A stretch of DNA of 64,000 nt. Origin: Mobula hypostoma (taxonomy: Eukaryota). The position numbers and the translations under genes are program-made. Under the pieces are notes generated by a model, which made no database searches, had not been told where the DNA came from, and saw only the letters and a program-made list of their open reading frames with translations. The stretch is from NCBI RefSeq assembly GCF_963921235.1, contig NC_086097.1, forward strand, positions 233,990,001 to 234,054,000. Reading direction: 5' to 3'. This document shows positions 48,928 to 62,169 of the stretch, in pieces. Position 1 is the first letter of the stretch; each line of letters begins with the position of its first letter.

Positions 48928-50430
48928 TTTAAACTTTATTGAACAAACACATATCTATAAACAAGCATTGGCTATCAGTCCACAGTTCACTGCACAATGG
49001 TAAATACCTATATTAACGATATCGGGGTAGAAGAGAGTAGGAGCAAGAGAAAGAAGAAACAAAGAGCACAAACATACAATTACACACAAACACAAACATA
49101 CACATGATCTACATACTTTACATCACCCCTCAACGTAGGTTTAAATAAAATCACAGTTCTCAGTAAATCAACTCAAGTCCTACATTTTACCAGACCCCTG
49201 TATGGGCCTTTCACTGTGCCAGATACACTATAATAGAGTTCCATCTTTCCAAGTAAGAGTCCATTTCATGAGCAATCAGAATCAAGACTCTTAACATGCA
49301 TAGTTTATTCTTCTCCAATACAGATTGCGGGAGGTTGCCTAAAATTAAATGACTAGGTTCAAAGGGTATACTTATATTAAAATCCTTCTTATTTCCTCAG
49401 TGACCTTGCACCAAAATGCCCCGAAGGCCCCGAAGGAGAGGAAGGCCCGGAATCCTCAGCTTTGCCTGTTGCTTGGCGGCCAGGGCCAGGGTCGAAGTGC
49501 TTGGCAGAGATGGTGCTCGGTGCTCGGTGTCGGAGGGCTGGTCGGATGCTCAAAGTTTTCGGACAGACTCAGAGTCGGCTGTGGTCAGGTGCTTCCAGGG
49601 TGTTGCATCGGCATGTTTGCGGCACTGGAGGTTCATGGCAGTAGAGTTTTTCTTCCTTCTACCATCTGCATGAGTTGATAGGGCTATTGGGACTTCGAGA
49701 CTTTTTTTTACCGTTACCATGGTCTGCTCTTTATCGAATTACGGTATTGCTTTGCACAGTTGTAACTATATGTTATAATTATGTGGTTTTTGTCAGTTTT
49801 AGTCTTGGTCTGTCTTGTGTTTCTGTGATATCATACTGGAGGAACATTGTATCATTTTTTAATGCATGCGTTGCTAAATGACAATAAACGAGGACTGAGT
49901 GTCCTCATAATCTAATCTAATCTAACCTAATCTAATTTCCAGTTGTAAACTTGCAGTGATATTTTCCATACAATTCACTTCTTTCAGTCTCGGTATCCAT
50001 TGCTCCAAAGTGGGTGAGTGAGATTTAAGCCAGTGGGAGAGGTCTTGGAAGTCATGGCATAAATGCTTGAATAGTCCCAATTGGAGGGAATTTGCTTGGA
50101 AAATAAGGATGAGGTACTTTAATACCCCATTAGTAATATCATTATATGCAGAAAAAAACAGCGGACTTTGCTGGAGAGGCTGTGGCCTAGTGAGAGATTT
50201 TACAAGTATGTTCTGGGACTGTCCCAAATTAAGGGAATTTTGGTACAAAGACACTGAGGAAATAAGAAGGATTTTAGATACAAGTATACCCTTTGGACCT
50301 AATCATTTAATTTTAGGCAACCTCCCGCAATCTGTATTGGAGAAGAATAAACTATACATGTTAAGAGTCTTGATTCTGATTGCTCATGAAATGATAACTG
50401 TCAACTGGCTTGAATCTCACCCACCCACTT
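48928..50430 (-). mobile_element. L1/Tx1-clade 3' fragment with 5' inversion, inserted in a CR1 (48755-50885)
   Basis: Poly-T at the left end. Cys-rich C-terminus CWRGCG...MFWDCPKLREFW. 12-bp TSD tgctt(g/c)catttt at 48916-48927 and 50431-50442. Confidence 0.8.
49422..49934 (+). mobile_element. Young CpG-rich LINE-derived element with an (atcta)n tail
   Basis: aaatgacaataaacgaggactgagtgtcctcat followed by (aatct)n; interrupts the L1 fragment. Confidence 0.65.
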
Positions 50431-51184
50431 TGCTTCCATTTTAATATACCAAATGACTTGCTCTCCACAGCCATCTGTGGGAATGAGATCCACAAATTCA
50501 TCACCCTCAGGACATATACATTTCTGCACATTTCTGTTCTAAGGCTATTCCGAGGCGGTGTCCTAATCCTAGACTCACCCACTATTAGAATCACCCTTTC
50601 TACGTCCACTCTACTCAGGCTTTTCAATATTTGGTAGGTTTCAATGAGATTACATCTCAATCTTCTAAACTCCTGTGAGCACCACCCATAGCCATCAAAC
50701 ACTCCTCATTCGTTAACTCTTTCATTCCCAGGATCATTGTCGTAAACTTCCTCTCGACCCTCTCCAATGCCAACACATCCTTTCTTAGATATTGATAAAA
50801 ACTGCTCACCATACTCCAAATGTGGTCCAACCAATGCCTTAATAAGCCTCAGCATTCCATCCTTGTGTTTATATTTTATTCTGTTGAAAGGAAGTACCAC
50901 CGCCAGGCAACCGGCTCAGTGCATGTATAACCTATGCTCTTGTTTCGTTCCCTCCGTAATCTTCACATGGACTCAATCTAGACCTTGTGCTATGTTAAGA
51001 TGATATTTATAGTATTCATGCAGGATCTGGTCCAAAGTATCACACAAAGCTATTTTGCAAAATGAGAATTTCCTTGTGTTTCACTTAATCAATATCTCTA
51101 AAAAGTAGAATACTTTGTTGTTATCACATTACGGTTTGGGGGAGTTTACTGTTCTGAATTTCAGCTCTGCTTTTCCTCCTTTAT

Positions 51185-52370
51185 CAAATGAGGATTATCA
51201 TACAAGGAATGTTTGATGGCTCTGGGTGTGTACTCACTGGAATTTAGAAGGATGGGGGGGATCTCATTGAAACCTTTTGAATGTTGAAAAGCCTAGACAG
51301 AGTAGATGTGGAAAGGATGTTTCCCGTGGTGGGGTAGTCTAGGACAAGAGGCACAGCCTCAGGATAGAGCAATGTCCATTTAAAACAGAGATGCGGAGAA
51401 ATTTCTTTAGCCAGAGCGTGGTGAATTTGTGGAATTTGCTACCACAGGCAGTTGTGGAGGCCGGGTCGTTGGTTGTATTTAAGGCAGAGATTGACAGGTT
51501 CTTGATTGGACATGGCATCAAAGGTTACGGGGAGAAGGCTGGGGAATGTTGTTACGGAGGGGAAAAATGGATCAGTCATGAGTGAATAGTGGAGCATTTA
51601 TACATTCCTAACTTGATTGCTGCCTCAGATTGTCCTGAAATTATAATTATCAGAATCAGAATCAGTGTTATTGCCACTGACATAAGTCATGAAATTTGTT
51701 GTTTTGTGGCAGCAGTGCAATACAGTTATTTAATAACAACATTTTCAGGCAAGTGTGATATTAGCTTTCATTTCAAGAGGACTTGAATATAAAAGCAAGG
51801 ATGTAATGTTAAAGCTTTATAAGGTACCGATGAGGCCCTACTTGGTGTATTGTGTGTAGTTTTGGGACCCTTACCTTAGAAAGGATGTGCTGACATTCGA
51901 GAGGGTTCAAAGGAGATTCACAAAAAATATTCCAGGATTGGAAGATTTATATGTGGAGTGTTTGATGGGTTCTAGGCTTGTACTCACTGGAATTCAGAAG
52001 AATAGGAGGCAGGCCTCTGATTGAAACTTATCGAATGTGGAAAGGCATCAACAGAGTGGATGTGAGGAGGATGTTTCCTATGATGGGGGAATTGAAGACC
52101 AGTGGACACGGCCTCTGCCCACTTATAATGGAGATGAGGTAGAATTTCTTTAGCCAGAGAGTGGTGAATCTGTGAAATTCATTACTACAGGTGGCTGTGG
52201 AGGCCAAGGTATTAAGTATATTTAAGGCAGAGGTTATTGGTTCTTAACTAGTCATGACATGAAAAGATAGGGGTAGAAGGCTGAGAGGGAAGTAGATCAG
52301 CCATGATGAAATGGTGGAGCAGACTCAATGGGACAAATAGCCTACTATAGCTCCGATATCTTATGGTCAA
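51185..52370 (+). mobile_element. Two decayed CR1 3' fragments (~51185-51600 and ~51745-52370)
   Basis: RRNFFSQSVVNLWNLLPQ and a parallel second copy. Confidence 0.85.
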
Positions 52371-52762
52371 ATAAAATGAGTTACAACAAAATTAGAACAA
52401 ATAAATAGTGCAAAAGTGAAAAAAGTAAGGTACTGTAGGTTTCATGGTTTACCATTTAGAAACCTGATGGCACAGGGGAAGAAGATGTTCCTGAAACCTT
52501 GAATGTAGGTCTTCAGGCTCCTGTGCCTCCTCTCTGAAGGTGTTGCATAGTTTATGTTATGGCTCCTAAGACTTCTTGAGATTATTTTTGCCCATCTGAG
52601 GATCTGACACCACATATATTGTCATAACATCTTGAGCAGACAAAGCTTAGTCAGTAAATAAAAATTCAACTAATTCTGAACTCTTTCCCTCATGTTAGTC
52701 CTTGCTAATCCTACATCACTATCTTATATGGCCTTTACTTGGCTCCTCGTGACAAGCTTTTC

Positions 52763-53082
52763 TTTATTTTTTGGCGTGCGCCTGCGTGCATGCGAGTCTG
52801 TGTATGTGCGTGTGTCTGCGTGTGCGTGCGTCCGTGGTGATGTCTTTTTCATGGCTTTTTACAAGGAGCGGAACAAGAGAGAGAGAGACTGTGAGACGCG
52901 CCACTCCTCAGACAGATACTTTTGCAGTATTTTTCCCTTTATTTTATGAGGCTGAGTTGCGATCTCAACACTCAACCCGACACGGATGGAAAGCGTACTC
53001 GGGAGCAGATCTGACTGGTTTCGAACCCGGGAACCTTTGCTCCCGGGTCTGGCGCCGATGTCGTTGTGCCACCAGCTGGCCC
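52763..53082 (-). mobile_element. tRNA-derived SINE with an A-rich tail
   Basis: Minus-strand head gggccagctggtggcacaacg...gggttcgaaacc (A/B boxes). Perfect 13-bp TSD tgacaagcttttc at 52750-52762 and 53083-53095. Confidence 0.9.
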
Positions 53083-53902
53083 TGACAAGCTTTTCCAAAA
53101 TTGATATAAATGGTATCAGCAGGCCTGCTTCAATCAGCAGAATTAGCACTGTTAAACACAACTGTAGCTCTGGTAATAAACCGCTAATTCAGGTCACAGC
53201 AACAAATCTGTAATTTCCTGGTTCTTACACTGCATCATTTTAAATATTAACTGTTCATGACTCATTCAGTTCCATTACAGCAGAGATCATAATAAGCCAA
53301 CAAACAGATGAACAAAGCATTCTGAGGTATGCTTCCTATCACTTTGGGTCTCATAAGTGCAAGCAATCATCCTGGCAACACAATTCTGCATCCACTGTGA
53401 CACATTCAAATTCAATGTCCATGTTGAATGCTATTTATTGGAAACTCTACATCTGTGATAATTTAAAACAGATGCCTGATCTTAGGGATCAACACGAGGG
53501 ATTCTTCTATGTCCTCATAAATTCATTAATGGCTATCTTTCAACTAAAACAGTGACCTTCAATGTAAGCCTCGTGCAGAGATTACCACAAAATGGCTGCC
53601 ATGAATGCTAAGTATTCATTCATGCCTCAGGCATGAACCAGCAGGAATACAAAATCAGTACTGGAAACTTTTGTTTTGGATAAACAAGTTAAGCGGGCAG
53701 ATCATGCATACATAGTCCTGTGAGGAATTCAATGAGTAACAGTATGAGGCATGGGACACAAGAGTCATACACAAATCAACGAGAAGGGTCATGCCAAGAG
53801 CACTCTTTGTGTACACGTGGCTTGGAGAGAAAACAGTGCACTGACAAGATGGCACAGTGATGTTGAAACAACATTTAAAGAGGGCTAAAAAACAATCTAG
53901 AA

Positions 53903-54082
53903 TTCAGGGACAACTCTAGAGACCAATAGACTGGTCCTGGACTTATTTTCCATCTGGCATAGTTTGCATTTTGTTGTTTGATTGTTGGTGGTTTTTGTAT
54001 TGCTATATTTACGCTCTATTCTTGGTTGGTGCGGCTGTAGCGAAACCAAATTTCCCTCGGGATTACTAAAATATATCTATCT
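53903..54082 (+). mobile_element. Short LINE 3'-UTR insertion with an (atct)n tail
   Basis: 8-bp duplication atctagaa at 53895-53902 and 54083-54090. The aatttccc..g.gat..taaa motif is shared with 14093-14133. Confidence 0.65.
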
Positions 54083-54698
54083 ATCTAGAAGATGTCACTC
54101 CCTATGGTTGGGTTGGAGTGATGGAAGCGCCCCTCGTTCCAGTTCATGAGTGTATGAATAGTATTAAAAGTGAGTAACAAAATTAGTATAGCAAGGAAAG
54201 GACCTAAAAAGCAGTGAACTGTTAAAGAGGAAGTGCGGCACCATTATTGTCTATTGCAATGTGTTGTGATCCTTTCAAATCAATGGACAAAAACCAAAGC
54301 ATTGGAAGTGGCCAGCAGTCGAGGCGTGTATGTGTGGAAAAGGCCCAGGTAGGGAACAGGATGAGATGTGTGAGTGGACTGCACTGGAGAGTGGAGGAAG
54401 GTGTCTGGATGAAGCCTGGTGGGGAACAAGGGCAAGTGAGTGGAGGGAACCTGGCCAAGAATGAAGGCAACTGTGTTGAGGGATCCCAGTGAGAGCTGAG
54501 ACAGGTATACAAAGGGAGTCTGGTAGAGAACAGGGGAAGGCACATGAACAGAGTGGGCTGAGGGAAGGACAAAGTGTGTGGAGGGAGTCTGGTAGACAGA
54601 ACATAGAAGAGTACAATGCAATGCAGCTCTTCAACTTACAGTGTTGTGCTGACTTTTTAACATTCTCTAAAATCAACCTAACCCTTTCTTTCTACATA

Positions 54699-55322
54699 CG
54701 AGGGATAATTGATAAGTTTGTGGCCTAAGGTAGAAGGAGTCAATTTTAGAAAACCTAGCACATTTATTTTTCAACATAGTCCCCTCCTACATGTGCACAC
54801 TTAGTCCAGCGGTCGTGGAGCATACGAATCCCTTCTTTGTAGAAGTGGTCCACAGCAGGGGTGACTGATAAGTTTGTGGCCTAAGGTAGAAGGAGATGAG
54901 TTATTAACTTCAAACTTTCTGCATTATCACTGGAAGAGTTGAACTGCATATGCATGTAACGAAAGCGTCCTGGACCTCCAGGTGGTCCACAGCAAGGGTG
55001 ATTGATAAGCTCGTGGATTAAGGTAGAAGGAGACGAGTTATACAGCTCTCGTTACATGCATGTGCAGTTCACCCCTTTGAGTGAAAATGCAGAAAGTTTA
55101 AAGTTAATAACTCATCTCCTTCTACCTTAGGCCACAAACTTATCAATCACCCCTGCTGTGGACCACTTTCTGGAGGTCCAAGATGCCAACTTCTACAAAG
55201 AAGGGATCTGTATGCTCCACAACCGCTGGACTAAGTGTGTAAATGTAGGAAAAATAAATGCACTGGCTTTTCTAAAAGTGACTCATTCTACCTTAGGCCA
55301 CAAACTTATCAATCACCCCTTG
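54699..55322. mobile_element. Mariner-derived fold-back MITE inside an old CR1 (~54598-55890)
   Basis: TA TSD at 54697-54698 and 55323-55324. TIR cgaggg.tgattgataagtttgtggcctaaggtagaa. Transposase C-terminal remnant FYKEGICMLHNRWTKCVNVG at 55191-55250. Confidence 0.88.
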
Positions 55323-55889
55323 TAAACCTCCATTTTTCTATCATCCACACAGCCCTCCAATTTTTTTTCATCCATCTGTCTAAGAGTATCATAAACATCC
55401 CTAATGTTCAGCCATTTCCATCATCTCTGACAGCATGTTCTGTACATTCACCACACTCTGTGTAAAAAAAACCTACCTCTGATATCCCCCTATACTTCTC
55501 TACAAAGTATGTCTCCTGGTATTAGCCATTGCCACCCTGGGATAAAGGCACTGAGTGTCCACTCAATCTATGCCTTTCATCATCTTTCACACCTCTATCA
55601 AGTCCCCTACTGCAGTCCAGGTAGCATCCTGGTAAATGTCCTTTGCAGCCTCTCCCAAATCTTCAATATCCTTGTATAATGAGACAACAGGAACTGAACA
55701 CAATATTCCAAGGGTCTAACCAGGGTTTTATAGAGCTGCAATGTTATCACACAGCACTTGAACTCAATCCCTCAAGATCCCTCTGTTCTACCACACTTCT
55801 AAGAAATCTATCATTAACACTGTGTTCTGCCTTCATATTTGATGTTCCAAAGTGAATCTCTTCACACTCTGCTGGATTGGACTCCAGCG

Positions 55890-57127
55890 TAGTCAGGGAG
55901 GCAGCTACCTATGATCATCATGTCAACATTGATGAATATGCAGGACCAGTGACCAGCTACACAGGAAAATGCATTGAAGATGTTACCATGGTTTAAAACT
56001 ATACTCTGCCAAGGCAAATCAAAGGCCGTGTCTGACTTGAGGTACTTGGACTTCAGATTAGGGGATAAATCAACTCTAAGGTCAGCAAGAGCCATGCTCT
56101 CTTGTGCCATCAGGAGGACAAATTGAGAGTACTTACTGAAAACTTGTGCAGCACATGTATAAAAAAACACAACAGATTACAAGTCCATTCTGCGTGTCAA
56201 TGACAGCGACACCTCCCTTCCTGATGGACTGAATGCCTTCTATGCACAATTTGACGCACTGGATGATGTGACTTCAGGGAAACCCCCTCTCCCCCTGAGG
56301 AACAAGCACATTGTCTGACTACAGCAGAGGTGAGAAGGATCCTGGTCAGGCTAAACCCACATAAAGCTGTGGGGCCAGACAACATATCTGATCAGGTGCT
56401 GAAGGATTATGTGGCTGAGCTAACAGAGGCTTTAACAGACATTGCTTATATCTCTTTGAATCAGTCCACTGTCTCTGCAGGCTTCAAGGCAGCCACCATG
56501 ATTCCATTTCCCAAGAATGCAACAGTAATTGGCTTAAATAATTACCACCCAGTAGCATTGACTTCAAAAATCATGAAGTGTTTTGTGTAGCTGGTAATGG
56601 ATCATATAGAATCCCACTTTCCATCTACATTGGACATTTTGCAGTTCACGTACCACTCAAACCATTCCACTGATGATAGCATAGCCTCGGCCCTCCACTC
56701 CATCCTGTCCCACCTAGAAAATGATGCCTTATCTGCTAGGAGGTTGTTCATTCACTTTTGCTTGGTGCTTAACATGATTATCCCTCAGAAGCTGGTGGGA
56801 AAACTGTCCTCATTGGGACTCAACATCCCTCACAGTAATTGGAACTTGGACTTCTTGATGGAATGACCCTAATCAGTTTGAGTTGGCGGCAACGTCTCAA
56901 GCTCCATCACAATGGGCACTGGTGCTCTCCCCCCAGGACTGTGTGCTCAGCCCACTGCTGTTCACGCAGCTGACTCACGACTGCACTGCCAGATCCAGCA
57001 CAAACTGCACTAGTAATTGGCATACAGAGAGGAAGTGGAGAGGCTTGTCAAATAGTATGACAACAGCAAACCGAGTCTCAATGTGGACAAGACAGAAGAG
57101 ATGATTGTGGACTTCAAGAAGGCACAA
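55890..57127 (+). mobile_element. Rex1/Babar RT remnant
   Basis: LNPHKAVGPDNI...NNYHPVALTSKIMKCF; LQFTY; PQDCVLSPLLF. Confidence 0.85.
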
Positions 57128-57415
57128 GTCATTGCCTTCTTCTGGGCAGCGTCTTTACAAGATGAGTGATCTCAGCCATTATCATACTCTTCAAAAGTTG
57201 TCTCCCTGACGTAGTGGTCGCATAACCAGTACTTGTGATACGCATCAGCTGCTCATCCACCACCAGCTCGCATCGCTTCACGTGACCCTGCTCGGGGGTG
57301 GGGGTGGGGGTGCTAATCAGATACACCACCTTCCCCAAAGTTCACCTGCAGGTTAGCAGAGGGAAGCAAAGCCTACACTTCCTTTGGTAGAGACATATCT
57401 CCACCCTGCCACCAA
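57128..57415 (-). mobile_element. Copy of the 47208 SINE-like family
   Basis: cattgccttcttctgggcagcgtctttacaag...tctccaccctgccacc. Confidence 0.75.
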
Positions 57416-58484
57416 GTAAGATTACCCAGTCAATATGCTTTGTCAGCGCTTGAAGCTTAGCCCTCATCACCTGTGATAAACATCAACATTCTGCTATTTT
57501 AGTTTGCTTGTAAAATACATGTTGCATATAAGTAAGTTCCACAGAATCCTCCTCCACTCTTTATCTAAATGTATCAATATATCTATCTATTTGTTTCTTT
57601 CTTAGGTGCTTACCAAAGTTCCCTTAAATATATTTTTCACTTTATATGTTTCTTTTGGTAGCAATTTTTATATCTGATTTTTTTATCTGGATGAAGAAAT
57701 TTGAACTAACTTCATGTTATATCTATGATGCTTTCCTGGTCCCACATCTATACAGCTATTTTCTTCATGTTCATTCATTACTGAATGTCTTTTTTATAGA
57801 AAAAGTTGTGCATTATTCTCTGAAACTTCCCTGCTGCTTTTCTCCCCTTTTACGATATATTGCCCAAAATCTGTAAATCATGTTGATTCTTGCTATTACT
57901 GTGATCTAAGATTTCTGGATTTTATAGGTTTGTTTTTGTACTGCAGTCAATTCTATCTAATTGCTTCCAATTTCATTACAAAATTGTATATGGATCCAAT
58001 AAATTAATACACAGAGACTATCACTCTTCTGAACAACCAACAATGTAAAATACTGTATTTTGGTTGAATGGATAGAATCAATTTGTAGTGCTTTATTTTG
58101 GTACATCTGCAAGATGCACACTTAATCAATGGCTAATGTGGACAGCAATGATATGAATACAAAAATTGCATCAAACACATAATTCATGACAAATAGAATA
58201 TTTTACAAAATGAAAATTTCAGCATCTCAGCTTCTGCTGAGATTTAAGTTAAGAAATTGCCTTCATGCCATAATTAAAGCTATTGTAATGCATAGGAGAG
58301 GTAGAATAATAACATTTTTTAAAAGTTCATATAAAAAAGGACAAATGGGAACACTAGAGTAATATGACACTAAGAACAATTAATGAGACACACACACACA
58401 CACACACACACACATTACTGCACAAAAGTCATAGGCACCCCAGCTATATTTAAGTGCCTAAGACTTTGCACAGTACTGTGTATC

Positions 58485-58943
58485 TGAAAAAAAACCTTTG
58501 GTATTGTCTTTCATATTATTGGCTAGCTTACCTTCATATTTCATCTTTTCTCTCCTTATGGATATTTAGTCACCTCCAGCTGGTTTTAAAAGCTTCCCAA
58601 TCCTCAAACTTCCCACTAATTTTTGTTACATCTCTTTTCCGTTTATGTTGTCTTTGACTTCCCTTGTCAGCCATGGTTGCCTCACCCTTCCCTCACAATA
58701 CTTCTTCATCTTTGGGATGTATCTATCCTGTGCTTTCCAAATTTCCCCCAACAACTCCAACCATCGCTGTTCTGCCGGCATCCCTGATAGCATCCCTTTC
58801 CAATCAACTTTGGCCAGATCCTCTCTCATGCCTCTGCAATTCCCTATACTCCACTGTAATGCTGATATATCTAACTTTATCTTCTCCCTCTCAAACTGCT
58901 GGGTAAATTCTATCATATTATGATATCTCTCTTCTAAGGGTTC
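58485..58943 (-). mobile_element. CR1 internal ORF2 fragment
   Basis: MREDLAKVDWKG...QPWLTREVKD. Confidence 0.8.
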
Positions 58944-59163
58944 ATAGAAATATACTGTAGAAACATAGAAAGCCTACAGCACAATACAGGAGAGGGTTCT
59001 TGGGGCTTCAATGTTCTATCATTCATCCTATGGGGCCTCTTGTTTTGTGGATGTCTGTGAAGAGTATGATTATCAGGTTGTATACTGTATACATTTTCTA
59101 ACATTAAAGGAACCTAAATCTGAATGAAAATATTGATGATATTGATTACTAAGTTTGTTATAG

Positions 59164-59738
59164 CGGAGGGGTGGTAGTGGGGATAAGCTCCCACTTCCTA
59201 TAAAGTGCTCCAAATGGCGTGTGTCACTAATAGCCTTGACAACCAAATCCAACTCTTGGCCTTCACGTGTGGCTTAGCTACTAGGCTTGGTGGAACTGTT
59301 TCTACTGATAAGAAGGGGCAAACGTGGACCACTGGTGCCTCAAAACCAGTTGCTTCGGGCAGGTCTTGTCAGCCTTGTATAGCAGCCTGCCTAGGAGAAG
59401 AAAAACTCTGATTTTAAACCTCTGCTGCCTTGTGACCATACCCACCCATGGGAAAGGCTTCAGGAGTAAACCCTGCAGAAGAAATCCAGAGCCAGGGTCC
59501 CTGTGGCAGTTTGATGTTGTTTACAACTTCACTCTGGCAACACGTGCAATTACACTGGTGACGAGCTGTATCAGTGCTTGCCCTTCCCTTGGACTACATC
59601 AGTAACGTAGAGAGGGAGAACCCACTGCATGGGCAACAGCAGGCTCTTCAAATCTTCCTGCCCAGATTTGTGCCCTGGAAAGGACACAGTCCACCAGAGG
59701 TGCAAACCCGTGTTCCCCTGGGATCGACGGCTGCCTAT
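59164..59738 (+). mobile_element. Non-autonomous retroposon (possibly RTE/RTEX-related) with a structured 5' head
   Basis: The 3' ~190 bp is homologous to the SINE tail at 32928-33110. Contains ctaggagaagaaaaactctgattttaaacc. No TSD seen. Confidence 0.55.
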
Positions 59739-59829
59739 TAGATTTCTACATCAGCTTCTACAATGAAGAAAAGGCAACAGTTCATGGTACGTAGGGCATA
59801 GAATAGTACAGCTAAAAAACAGGCCTTTA

Positions 59830-60392
59830 AATAGACAATAGACAATAGACAATAGGTGCAGGAGTAGGCCATTCAGCCCTTCGAGCTAGCACCGCCATTC
59901 ACTATGATCATGGCTGATCATCCACAATCAGTATCCAGTTCCTGCCTTATCCCCATAACCTTTGATTTCGCTATCTTTAAGAGCTCTATCCATCTCTTTC
60001 TTGAAAGCATCCAGAGACTTGGCCTCCACAGCCTTCTGGGGCAGAGCATTCCATATATCCACCACTCTCTGGGTGAAAAAGTTTTTCCTCAACTCCATTC
60101 TAAATGGCCTACCCCTTATTCTTAAACTGTGGCCTCTGGTTCTGGACTCACCCATCAGTGGGAACATGCTTTCCTGCCTCCAGCGTGTCCAATCCCTTAA
60201 TAATCTTATATGTTTCAATAAGATCCCCTGTCAGCCTTCTAAATTCCAGAGTATACAAGCCCAGTCGCTCCAATCTTTCGACATATGACAGTTCCGCCAT
60301 CCCGGGAATTAACCTTGTGAACCTACGCTGCACTCCCTCAATAGCAAGAATGTCCTTCCTCAAATTTGGAGACCAAAACTGCACACAGTACT
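59830..60392 (-). mobile_element. CR1 3' end, young
   Basis: QFWSPNLRKDILAIEGVQRRFTRLIPG; tail (aatagac)n. Confidence 0.92.
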
Positions 60393-62169
60393 TTCACACA
60401 CAATATCTGCACAAACCAAAGAAGGAAAGAAAGATTACCATTGTTTGTCACATGCACATTGAAACAGAAAGTGAAATCCATTGTTTACATCAAATCAATC
60501 AGCAAGTGTTACCACGCTTCCTGCTCACCACTTACTATGCCTAACCCATATGTTTTTGGAAAATGGGAGTAATCTCGAACACCTGGAAGAAACCCTCATA
60601 AACCCACCAGCCTGCATATGGACTCTATCCCTCTATTTCTAGCCTGTTCATGGAGCTGTCTAAATACCTTTTACATGTTGCTGTTGTAGTTGCTTCTACC
60701 GCATCCCCTGACAGTGCAATCCAGTCATCTGCCATTCTCTGTGTAAAAAACACACATTGCAAATCTCTTTTAAATGTTTCCACTTCGCTTTAATGCCATC
60801 TTGTATTTAACATTTCCACTCTAGAAAAAAGTATCCGACTCTCTAACTCTCTCTGTTTCTCAAAATTTTACCTGCTTCTTTCAGTTCACTGCCCTCACTC
60901 CTGCCTCCAATGTTCCAGAGAAAACAATCAAAATTTGTCCAACTTCACTTTACAGTAGCTACTTCACAGCAATATTGGGAATCTTTTCAATAAAAAGTTC
61001 ACATCCAACCTACTGAGGTGCAACCAGACCTACACACAATTCTCCATATATGACATACGTAATTTTTCATCCAGTGTAGTTTTATTTATTTGAATACAAT
61101 CATCATTTCTTTAAATGAATATTTACATTTACTTAATTTACAGCAGTTTTATTTGCAATGCCTTTATTTAATTCAATACGGTTATTTAAAATATTATCCT
61201 TCAATCTCTTTAATTACTTGCTTTTTACCTATTTCCAAATGTATTTGGAAATGCTGAAAAGGAGAAAGCTATCAAAAAACCATCAGGTTGGTCCATGCAA
61301 GGGGCTTTAGTTCCCATCACCTATGGCCTGTTTCTTTCTCCACAGATGCTGCTTGACCTGTTGAATGTTTCCGGCATTTTGTTTCTGTTTCCAGTATCTG
61401 CCAATTTTACAGTTTCATTTACAATTCAAATCTGATTCCTAATTCGAAACAGGTTCAGAATCTGATCAAAAGGTACTTGCAGGGTTATGTGGAGAGGGCG
61501 AGGGAGTGGGATTCGCCGGACTGCTACAGACATAGTGCTGTTTGAGTCCTATACCACCTCTCCAAAAGGGCACCAGCAGCGTGTGGGGATTCCAGAAATT
61601 CAGTGTTGCTGCGAGACAGTGCAGGGGATGAGTGCAAGATGTAGGTTAGGACCAAAGCCTTCTGGGCCATAGGTAAGTCTTCATCATTCGTGATAGTAAT
61701 ACAACAGAGGGTTGTATCAGGATTACAGAGACTGTGAGGAAGACAGACACATCACAGCCTCCACAAACCCTTAGCAAACTTTGTTCATATAACTTGTCAT
61801 CTCTTGCATGCTTTTTATATAATTTCTCATACTGAGTCAATTCCCCTCCAAGTCTGACACATCTAATAGAGCCAAAGCTGACTGGCATTCCGATGTGCTC
61901 TGGAACTATGTCAACACCTACATTAAGAGATAATCCTTCTAATCCTACTTCTCCTAATGAGGTGTAATCAGACCATGATAAAGAGAGTTCAGCAGGATTG
62001 CACCACAAGGAGCATTTGGTACTTCAAACTCCCGAAATTAAAACACAGATGAATTATACATCAAGCACAAATAAGTGTTTTAATCTTGAAATGACTTCAG
62101 CTAATACTTATGGCGTATTAATAGTAAACTGCTGTAAAATAATTCTTTATGTGCAAACATTTACAGTCA

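Noticed and set aside
59230..59320. HDV-like ribozyme in the element head (gcc-ttcacgtgt-ggc)
   Set aside because: I could not assemble P1/P1.1. The region folds better as consecutive hairpins.
61646..62008. 120-aa minus-strand ORF as a host exon
   Set aside because: No recognisable domain, no convincing splice sites and no partner exons.
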